Origin: Paecilomyces variotii
Taxonomy: Eukaryota
Length of the DNA stretch: 64,000 bases
Assembly (NCBI GenBank): GCA_004022145.1
Contig: RCNU01000012.1
Direction: 5' to 3' (one strand)
Made by a program: the position numbers and the translations under genes. Shown here in pieces: positions 28,553-38,890 of this stretch; position 1 is the first letter of the stretch; the number at the start of each line of letters is the position of its first letter. The notes beneath the pieces were generated by a model. It saw only the letters and a list, made by a program, of their open reading frames with translations. It ran no database searches and had not been told where the DNA came from.

Positions 28553-28999
28553 CCTCTAGCGAGGTGCCCCCCCTGCGGGTGGGCTTTTCACTGCAACGGC
28601 CTGTATAAGTATATGTACTAAAGAACTGAGCTAATAATATAGCATAAAAGCGACCTACTAACTTTTGGACCAATAGCAGACCGCGCAGTAAAAAACCTCA
28701 TAGAGAATTTAAGAATAAATAATTGCGTTTTATAAGGGTTATTTAATTATTCCTATACAAAAATTAAGCATTAATCTTCAACTTAATATTTTATACCCTA
28801 AATTACCTCTTTTTAGGTTAAAAATAGGCTTAATTAATTTATCTTAATCTCCTACTTCTCTAGCAGTTAATATAGAGCCCTAATCTTATATAAAAATCCT
28901 ATAAGAGCGGTATTTATAACTGCTACTATCTGACGTATCTTTAAATTACTTATTCTCACCTTCTATAAGGCTTACCTTACTAAACAACTTTATAATTAA

Positions 29000-31600
29000 T
29001 AGGGATAAACTCAGGGAGAGCTATAATAAGATAGAGGATAATAATATTAATATATTTAAAATAGATAACCTGGATAAACAGTTAATATTCTAGATTCAGC
29101 AGAGATTAGAAAACTTCGCCAAATATCTATATTAATCTTATTAGAGCTTTAAACAGCTTATATATATATGAATTATATATTCTTTAGAGATCTAGCATTA
29201 TCACTACTGCACTTATAAATAAAGATATTATGCCTAGAAAGAGATATTAAAAGAAATACTATAGGTTATTAATTATTATAACTTAGCTTTAATAGCTAAA
29301 GCAAAGCTTAATAAGCTAGTTAAACAACTATATTTTAGGAAATTTAATCATATTATTCCGTTAAAGGATATTAACTTTAATACTGCCTTTAATACTGTTT
29401 AGAATACTGCACCTAGACTGCATATATTTCTCTATAATCTACTAAGAAATTACTATGCCTATTAGATAAGTTATACTAGCTAGTATAATAAGAAAAGTCT
29501 TTAACAATAGCTATTTATTATTATCAATATAATCTATTATTTTTACTATATAAAATAGTCCAACTACTTATCTTTAATTCTTAATGCCTACCTAATAGGC
29601 TTAAGAGTAAAGTATTAAGTTATAGAGACTTTATCGGGTCTTAGATTATACTATAATTATATATAGGGGAATCGCTTAATAAAATAGATAGTAGACTATA
29701 AGAAGATAGCTTAATTTCTATTATAATATTTTATATCCTAATAATATTATACTTTTATAAACTATCTTTTACTCCTTAGTTCTCCTATAAAGACCTCAGA
29801 ACTCCTAGATAATTTAAGAGGCTAACCTTAGTTATAATTATAACTGCTAAATTTAGGAAAGAACCTATAGAGTATTATAGTCTATAATAATATAAATTTT
29901 AAGGAAATAATATATAATAAAATCCTTAGATATAAAGCTATAATGCGCGCAGTTATAATAACAGCAATTATATTATATCTTAATATCTTAGCATTAGGCC
30001 TATCGCAGGATATATATAATCTAATTATTTCTCTTAATTTCTATAAGATTATTAACTCCCTAATAATATATAGGAATAATAATGGCATAGGAAAGCAGAT
30101 ATTTATCTTTCTTATATTAAACATAATTATAAAGATACATTTATCTTTATTTAAAAGTATATTTAAATCTGCTAATTCGGCAATACCCTCTATATTAAAA
30201 CTAGATCGCCTTACTCTAAACTAAATGTAGTTTTAGCAGTTTAGGGCAATATTTAAAGATAAAGGAACTATTACTAGGACCTATAATATTTATAATAATA
30301 TCTTTTTTTAACAGTTATATCTGCATGCTTCTTAAGAACTAGGAAAGCCTAATAACTTCAATTTGCGCCTTTAATTTGTTTATAGCGATCAGCTTACTAT
30401 AGAGCGTATTTAAGCTATATAGAATAAGTAATTACGCGCTAAATTACCTTACAATTAAAGGTAGTAGCTTCTCAGAGTTCTTACATAATTCTATATTTAA
30501 TTAAACTTATTAAATACAATAGTATAGACGCATTTTATACCTATAAAGTCTGGTTAAGAAGCATATTATTATATTAAGTCTGATATTTCTATATAGGGAC
30601 GCAGCTAAATAAATCTAAATAGCCCCAAATATTATTAATTAGAACTAATTATTTTATAAAGCTTTATAACTTAAGTCTTAGCTCTATTTTATTACTTAAT
30701 ATAGCGCAGAGAATATTTAATAATTACTAATAATAACTCTCTTAAAAGACAGCAAGAATATAATTAAGTTATTGGCACTTTAGCAACTATAGATTACCTA
30801 TAGTTTATTAAAAATATTTAACTTATAGCATTTATACTTAATACCTAGGAAGAGATTAACCCCTATATAAGAGAACCTATCTAGGATATTAGATTCTGTT
30901 CTATATATCGGCTCTTGCAGGAAATAGAATTATTTCTTACTATCTGGCATACTATTAAATATAGTAATATTAGGCTTTTTTATTATTTAGTTAATCCACT
31001 AATTATCTATTTTTTAGCGTATCTTAATATAACTATAGTAATAAAATACTATACTATTAATAGAATCTATCTTTAGTTAATAACCCGGAGCTATAATATA
31101 CTATTCTAGTGTTAGGTCTTATTAATTAGTAAGGTAAGCTAGCTTATTTTAAAGCTATTGACCTTAGTCTTAAGTATCTTAATATAAACTATAAAATAGA
31201 AATAAAGGCCTACCGGAATTCTATATATAATATAGATATTAGCTTTAACTAGGTTTACTTAATAAATATCTAGATATAGGGTCTATAAGAAAAGCTGGAG
31301 TCTATATTCGGTTAATATATGCTTAATTTATATATTATAATATCTACATTAGATAAGATATTCTTACTGGCTTAAAATCTATTAATTAGTAACCTTGCCA
31401 AACTAAGAGACTTTAAATATTTCCTTAATTTCTCAGCTTTATTTAACTCAGAAAATATATTATAGATTAGAATAGAATAACTTGCTAAAAAAGTTAATTA
31501 GTTTAATAATAGCTATATCTATTATACTAAGATAATTGCTAATATATAGTCTATCGATAAGAATAGAATTAAGCATAATATCTATAATTATACTACTATT
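29000..31600 (+). pseudogene. RIP-degraded Academ/DUF6589-type DDE transposase (boundaries approximate)
   Basis: Observed -> transition-reverted: YNNINFKE->YDN.NFKE (~29883); FKDKGTI->FEDEGTI (~30253); YSDQLT->HGDQLT (30381); IKYSNIRL->IKHGDIGL (~30954); NPEL*YTILVLGLIN->PELQHAILASGLVN; FKAIDLSLKYLN->FKAIDL.LEHLN (~31150-31180). Family assignment is from memory of these motifs. Confidence 0.75.
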
Positions 31601-31738
31601 ATTAATAAATGCTATAATAGTATCCTTATTAATAATATAGCTTTAAATATTTAATATTAGAGGAGTATATAACCTACTAATAATTTGTTAACTCCTTATA
31701 AGACTTAGACTAATAAGAGAGTTGACACATAATAAAAT

Positions 31739-31852
31739 ATATAATCCCTTTACTCCCTTAAACTCCTAAGCTAATATTAAGAGGTTTAATATAAAGCATA
31801 TAATCTCTTTACTACCTTAAATTCCTGACTTAATAGCAAGAGGTTTAGTATA
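31739..31852. repeat. about 59-bp tandem duplication inside the transposon
   Basis: atataatc(c/t)ctttact...aagaggttta(a/g)tata at 31739 and 31798. Confidence 0.75.
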
Positions 31853-32092
31853 TATTATTAGCTGGCTAGGGAGCTCTATAATCTTAGTTAATATAAGGTA
31901 AAGTATAATATAAGAGGGTCTATATTAGCTACTATAATAAACTAATTATATCTCTATTTAGCTACGCTTTAGATTAGCTCTAGATTATATTACCCGAGTA
32001 CTATTATATAGAGGTATAGAATCCAATTTTAGCATCCTCCCTTCTCTTACTTATTAATATTAACTTAGCCTAATAAATATAGAATATTAGCC

Positions 32093-32330
32093 AATACTTG
32101 CAGTTGGGCCCTTCTAAGATATCTTAAAGCATTCGGCTATATAGCTTATTAGTTATTAAGGACCTAGTTAAAGCTTACCTATAAAGCAGAGCAACTAATA
32201 TAAAGATTATTATATCTCTAATTAATACTTACAGTTAGGCTCTTTTAAGATACCTTAAAATATTCGGCTATACAGCCTATTAATTATTAAGGACCTAGTT
32301 AAAGCTTATCTATAAAGTAGAGTAATTAGC
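32093..32330. repeat. tandem duplication with 131-bp period inside the transposon
   Basis: Two copies of about 105 nt starting at 32093 and 32224. All differences are transitions. Confidence 0.88.
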
Positions 32331-33999
32331 AGATAAAGCATACCTAATATAAATTAAATATTAATACCTATTAAACTATAATAGCACTGCTACTAGCTCT
32401 AGGAGAAGGACCCCCTTTTAGTAATAAAATCTGAGGAGGAGGCGATAGCGGTAAGGGAGCCTATTTATATTATTTGCTTATATTATAGCCCTTAATATAA
32501 GCAGCTAAGCAGTAATAAGTATAGGTATTTCCCGGCTTATATACCTGCTAGGCACCTTTTATAGAATAAATCTAATACTTCTTATTATAGAGCTAATAGG
32601 CTATATACCTATCCTCCCTAAAGAATTATTTACCTAACTTAGTCTTTATAATATAGCTAATATAGCCAATATTATACTATTTATTAGGGTTAAGATATTT
32701 TAAGTCCTCCTGCCTGAAAGACTACTATTTCCTAATAATTATAGGAGTATATGCCTCTATTATCTTATCTTTAGGGGTCTATACCTAGGGTAAATATAGC
32801 TAATTAGCTATTTAAGACTAATTATACTATTTTTATATAAGACTAAGAGCAGGTATAGTAATACCTATTAAAGGCGGGTTCGCGATAATAAGAGTTATAG
32901 GCATTAGGGATGGAGTTCTATTATAAAGGTATTAATATTTACTCTCTCCTAATAGCACTATTATTTACAGAGATATTTCTAAATCTTCGCTTAAAATAGG
33001 CCCGGCAAAATTATTATTATTATTATTATTATAGTCTGTTTTAGCTATAAAAAATAAACTAAAAACCTATAGCGGGCTCTCTAGCAGCGGCGGGAGGGGT
33101 ATAGGCGGTAATAGACTTAAAGATAGGGGAGGGCTAAATTATATATTTAGTTATTTTAATCTAACTCTGCTAATCTGCTATTATTTCTATTAACTAGCAA
33201 GGATAAAGAGGCGGGGAGGAGCTAAATATTAGATATATTAGTCTTATTTAATAATACTTAGAGCTAGTATATTATATAGGGGAGGGCAAGGCTCTGCTTT
33301 AAACTAGAGAGCACCTTTTAATATTACTATAGCTGTAGCGATTATATCTATCTTATTAAGAGAGATAATAGCAGAGTGCCTAAGCACCTAGATTATAAAA
33401 AGGCGGGCTATCTTAAAGTTTATTATTTTAGAGAAAAAAAGGAGGAGTTAAGAATATATAGGTCTATTTACTTCTACTTAAATAAAGCTAATATCTAATA
33501 AATCTATTGTATTATACTATTTACAAATATATCCTTATTAGCTAAAGAGAACTAAGGAGCTACCAGGAGTAAATAGATATTCTCAGGATAATTTAGAAGT
33601 TTTTAGGATAATTTAGAAGATAGCATAAGTTCGGATATATTATAGTAAGACTCCCTCTACCCTAATATCTTTGACATTACTCTTCTAATATAGAAAAGTT
33701 CTCCCTCCTAACCGCTATTAGAGTCCTAATTCTTTTACTTTTTATTATAGGCGTCTATATAAGCCTTTTATTAGGACTTTGTTTCTATAAAGGTTATTAC
33801 TTAACTAAAGTCTCTAATATTTAAATACCCCGTCTCTTTCGCGAAGGAGTCCTCTAAGGAGATAATTATTTAACCTATATATTAACTACCTCTTCTATTA
33901 ACCTATTCAGTAAGCTATTTAGTCCGCCTAGTCTATATAGCTTAGAAGGCGTATTCTATAATAATATTATTAGTATCTAAACTAGTAAGCCGGGGATTA

Positions 34000-36300
34000 A
34001 ACTTTTAGCTTATAATTTTCTAGCTGCAGTTAGCCTTACTAATTATATAGCAAGGGAATTATCCTTTTATTAAATAAACTTAGCATAATCTTCTTTTATA
34101 TTAAGGGAGATATCTAACTAATAAATATCCTTATGTTGCTGGCTTTAGTTCTAAATCTAAGCTAATTTCTTTATTAGATATAGCTTATTAACCTCCTAAA
34201 TTATATGCTATAACTGCTAGATTAAATTACTATTATACTGCTCTTTATACTGCTATTTTTAAACTAATAGAGCTTATATAGCAAGATTATTAAACTCTAT
34301 ATTAATAATTATTACCTTTAAGCTATATAAAGCTATAAGTTACTATTAGCATTCTTAGCTTATAAAAGTAGTAGATATTATAGGGAAATATTGCTCTTAG
34401 CGAGTATATATTAACTTTGCTTATAAAGTAGCCTATTAATTAAGCAATTTTAGTATAATACTAGCGCAACTTCCCTTATATAGTTTTTATATAGGTCTCT
34501 CCTCTAAAGGAGGTATAGTAGAGATAAGGATCTATAATAGATTATATCTACTATAGCAAGCTTCTGCTAGTATAGGAGATATATTAATATATAGGGATAG
34601 TCTATTCTCGCCCAGGTAAGATAAGAATGCTTTTTAATAATAAGGCCTATTAATAATTTGCTTCTAATAATCTGGGAGTTTAGATTAATATTCTATCTCT
34701 TTTTAATTCTAATATCTCTTTTTAGATATAGGTTCTTAGCTTCTTATAGAGACTAATAATAAGATGCTTTTAGTATTATTAATATCTCCTAGTATAATTA
34801 ACTTAGATAGCTGAGTATATTAAGACTATAGCTTTAAAGTCTAAGAAGCTATAGAAGCTAATATCTGTTTCCTAGATCTATTAATACCCTCTAAATTAAA
34901 TGCCTAATATAGAAGCATAATATAGCCTTTATTTGTTTAATTTTTTCTACGGCTACTATATCCTATTTGCTGCTAGATATTACAGATATCTAAATTAATT
35001 AAGAACTTCCAGTTAATAATATGCTTAATATTAAGTATATTAATTCTTATTCTAAGAGCGGTTATTGCTATTATAATATATATTTTTAATAAAGCAGATT
35101 TAAATTTGTTAAAGCGGATTCTCTAGTTATAAGATAAAACATATAATATAAAGGTTTGGATTACTATATTAACTAAATATAGACTATTTTTTATCCTGGA
35201 ATACTAATAATCTAATGCTAATAATATAGTCTTTATTAAAAGTATTTAATAAAGATATTCTGCTGCTATTTTAATCTTCTAAATATTATCTATAAAGATA
35301 ATTATTTTTGGTATATGTTCAGGTGTTATTTTATTGTTTTTGACAGCAGTATTTAAGAGAAAGTATAATGCTTTAAAGGAAGATAGCTTCTTATATAGAA
35401 TAGGTAAGATATAAATAAATATATCTTTCTAGTTAACTGAGGTCTAAATAACTTTTATTTAATAGGGTTAATCTCTAATAACTTAAAAGCTAGCTCTTTA
35501 AATAATTTCTTTCTCTCTATCTTCAGTAAGTATTGCGGAATAGCTAAATTAAATAATATCCTATCTTAGGATTAACTGTAATTTGCCTAGCATAGTAAAT
35601 TTAAGCTAAAATATCTCCTATTATACAATTAGATAGCATTTATTAATTATTATAAAACCGATTATTATTTATATCTCTAGTTTTAATAATATATCTAGAA
35701 AGACCTTCGATATAGCTTATTTAGGACTTAAAAGTATATGCATATATATATTAGCTTAGATATTTTAAATAAGATTATAATATTATTATTTAGTCTCACT
35801 ATTAATAATATATAGCTTTATCCCCTAGAGCCTCTTAATATCTTATATTTGCTCCTTAGTAAGCTTATTTAAGAGAGTTATTTAGAGAGTTATCTTCCCT
35901 GTTAAGATTAAAAATAAATAAAGGATAAGGCTTTTTTTAAACCTTATCTGCGCAATTAGAAGAGTATTGCTATAGCTATATATTAATTATTAAAGTATTT
36001 AGATCTACTCTAAATATAGAAAACAGCTAGACGCTAAATTTATTAATTAAAGTATGCGCTTTAAGCAAGCTTTAACTATAGCATATTACTGAGGAATATC
36101 CTCTTTATTAATAAATGCTTTAATTGCTAATAGTAAGTCTCTAAGCTTTATCTTTAATATATTAGATAATATTAAAGAGGCAGTATCTCTTGCTATTATT
36201 TAATAATACATATTCTTATAAAGCCTATGCTATCGGCTTTATTTATTATATTATCTCGCCATTCTTGCCCTATAGCTATGTGCTGGTATTTAAATATACC
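34000..36300 (-). pseudogene. RIP-degraded RecQ-like SF2 helicase (boundaries approximate)
   Basis: Motifs in the correct order. Motif I NTLLIAQIRFKKSLI->DTLLIARTGFGKSLI (~35968-35924); HILLSPK*->HILLSPEQ; motif II INKCYL->IDECHL (~35640); motif III YSAIL->CSATL (~35535); motif V AITALRIRINILNI->ATTALGMGIDIPDV (~35050); motif VI *QQIGYSSR->WQRIGRGGR (~34960). Confidence 0.85.
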
Positions 36301-36871
36301 TTATCTTTTAGCCTGAGAGCTTCTAAGATTTATAGGTATTAAAATATATTATACCCTAGCTTAGAGATTTGAAAATATTAAAAAAATAACCTTATCTATT
36401 AATCCAGGAGTTCTTAAGAGTTTCTAAAAGGTGAAAATATAGGGTTAGGTAATAGGTTTAAGTAATATTAAGCCTCTCTAGTTATATAGAGATTAGTAGT
36501 AAGCTTTTATAAAATCTGATCTGGCAACTTTAATAATATAGTTTAATATCAGCAAACTATTATAGCATCTAAATATATATATAAATTAAAAGAGAATTAC
36601 CAGCTAAATCTACAGCAGTTAACTTTAGTCAAATAACTTAATTATTAGTAGAGTTATTTGTTATTAAAGTTAGATAGTATTTTTAAAAAAGAGGGAAATT
36701 AGTAAGCTTTATTAATAAATTGCAACTATTTATTCTCAGATACTTACTAAAGAATTTTTCACCTTCCTATTTGGGTTTAGCGTATCCGCTCAAATATTAT
36801 TGGCTCAGGTTATTGAGCTAATTTGCACTAGTTTCTAAATAGTATAGTAGAAGCACTAATCTTTGGCGAGC

Positions 36872-36891
36872 GTCTGAGCTTGCTGAGATAA
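36872..36891 (-). repeat. right terminal inverted repeat
   Basis: gtctgagcttgctgagataa, followed directly by the TSD copy cggaggct (36892-36899). Left TSD copy at 28525-28532. Confidence 0.95.
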
Positions 36892-37985
36892 CGGAGGCTA
36901 TGCATCGTGAAGACAGCGGCATGGTTTCCGCATATACACCCCTGATATTGGTCCAGTAAGTGTTGGACGACCTGGATGGGAATTTATCCCACGGGATGAT
37001 ACTATAGAAGGTTGATGCTTTGATCTTCGTCCATAGTGTTCCCAATCTGGGAGGCTGTTCGTCTCCTACGGGGTCGAATCGAAGGTGTAGAGTTGCGACA
37101 GTACTTGCTGAGCAGGATGAACCGTTGCGGGTTGGAAAGTCACATTGTAGCGGTTTGGGTTGTGATGTTGCAATGACCAATCGACCATACTTCCCTCTCA
37201 GTAGGCCTTTCCTGACATCTCTTTCCTTCCGAAGACAATAATCATCGCAATCATCGGGAATGCTCAAAGGAGGCTGTTCATCGACTGCGGGTACGACGCG
37301 GACTTTCTTCGCAACTGATGCAAGGCTCGTTGAACGCCCGCCTTCGACCGACGGTTTTCTCGAAACCGATACCTTGATGACATATGATATTCTAGTCATT
37401 GCAGGCGCCATATCGTCCAGGAGACTAACTCCATCTCCTGCTAGCATGGGGTCTCCAAGACTTGGCGGCAATTGGGTGTGAGCATATCTAAGGTGGAGGT
37501 TATCCTTCGAATGGTCACAGGCCTGTGGAAGGAGGTGATCAGGCACGACGAAAGTAAATGGGAATCTGAAGGTGCAGCCGGCTTCGAAGATTCGTGGGTG
37601 CGGATACTCCGTCTGGCGGATGGGTTGTCGTAGCTTTAGAAATGCCTGATATGCATTCGATGTACGACCTGAACCTGCTAGGCTCGACGACCGTTCCACC
37701 GATGTTGTGGCCAGTCCTAGCATGCGGTTAGCCAAACAATTGAACTTGACTGATGTAAAAAGGAAGCCACATAACATTACCCTCGAATGTGATGTTTATG
37801 TCGTCAAATTGGATGTCATGTTCCGCAGTTACGGTCACTTCACCCTCGATCTTATCGCCAGTGGTATAGGAAGCGACGAAGCCATCTTTCTGATCGACCA
37901 AGTCAATTCCAACCTTTGGTCTAGATCTTTTCGTAAGTGACTCGAAAGTGCTTGTGCTTCGAGCGACGAAGGATGATGTGGACAT
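36892..37985 (-). pseudogene. 5' part of alpha-arrestin (arrestin-N/Bul1-like) gene. Reads into the transposon end and stops at 36818.
   Basis: SYTTGDKIEGEV, DINITFEG, FLKLRQPI, FPFTFVVP, LPPSLGDP, DDMAPAMTRISY, KGLLRGKYGRL and LHLRFDP..EQPPRLG. One intron at ~37730-37778. Confidence 0.88.
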
Positions 37986-38807
37986 GTTGGTGGGATTATT
38001 ATCGCTAGAGTGATCCAGCTGATCATTCAAGGGTGTGGTACGAATAACTGTCCAAGTTGACAAAACGTCTATTTATATATTTGCAGAAATAATGCAGCGA
38101 TTCTTTATTCTCCCAAACCCATAAAAGGGTCGCAGGATGAATGCTCTTGACTGACTGTAACTTCAGGCAGAGATATTGCGCATTATATATATACTAAAAG
38201 TAGTACCCCGTACGATTCAAGTCTCACCCCAGCATACATTTACTAATCGCTCATCTCTCCACCTCACCATGAGTCATCACCGCTGTTAGTTATTGTCAGA
38301 AACACGAAGGCAGCAGAGCCTATGTCGCTAGCTAGGGAAGCCAGCCGATGCATGGGGACAATCTGGCCGCAGTCTGGAAAGTTGCGCCCTACGAGAACAA
38401 GCACATCAACTCTGCACTAGGGCCGACGCTAGCAGCAGTGGTCCGTTTCCACGCCCTTATGGTGACATCTCTTGGCTCAGAGTGGCAGGGATCTAAATGA
38501 TGCCGTTCTTATGTTAATGTGTTCTCCGAAGTCGGGGACGTGCTCATATGGTATTACACAGAATATGGATCCTTTGTTATATCGAAGAAGTGCAATGTAT
38601 GCGCATTTTATACTAAGCTAACGCAAGACGGGCGTTGGCCGAAGCAGTACGGAGTATATAGATGATTCAACCACGTAAGAATGTCTGTTAGTTAACAAAG
38701 CCCATCATCTTACCAGAGCAGACTCGTGAAAAAAAAAAAAAAAATGAGGTTGTTTCTTCGGTTGTGATTGATTTACAAAAAAATAAAAAGAAAAAGAAAA
38801 AGTGAAA

Positions 38808-38890
38808 CACTCTCGACGGGATTCGAACCCGCAGCCTTCAGCTAATCCCAGCCATAGGAGGCTGACGCGCTACCATTGCGCCACGAGAGT
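38808..38890 (-). tRNA. tRNA-Arg (anticodon CCU) with an ~11-nt intron
   Basis: Cloverleaf: acceptor ACTCTCG/CGAGAGT, D-arm GCGC-AATGGTA-GCGC, anticodon stem TCAGC/GCTGA with CT-CCT-A plus intron, T-loop GGTTCGAATCC. Downstream T-run Pol III terminator. Confidence 0.93.

Larger units (their letters stand above)
28533..36891. mobile_element. RIP-mutated Academ-superfamily (AcademH-like) DNA transposon, full length about 8.36 kb
   Basis: Perfect 20-bp TIRs TTATCTCAGCAAGCTCAGAC and flanking direct repeat CGGAGGCT. Abrupt AT-rich, TpA-rich interior. Decayed transposase (+) and RecQ-like helicase (-) motifs. Confidence 0.88.

Noticed and set aside
29943-30224. 93-aa Ile/Asn/Leu-rich ORF as a membrane protein
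   Set aside because: It is a stop-free stretch of the RIP-mutated transposase frame. The composition is a RIP artefact.
28533-36891. AT-rich block as an LTR retrotransposon, centromere, mitochondrial insertion or Starship
   Set aside because: No LTRs or RT/integrase motifs, no mitochondrial genes and no tyrosine-recombinase captain were seen. TIRs, TSD and helicase/transposase motifs explain it.
28531-36892. Transposon spliced out as a giant intron, rescuing the arrestin
   Set aside because: The junction donor would be GTTATC (poor), and the nearest AG would leave the downstream exon out of frame.
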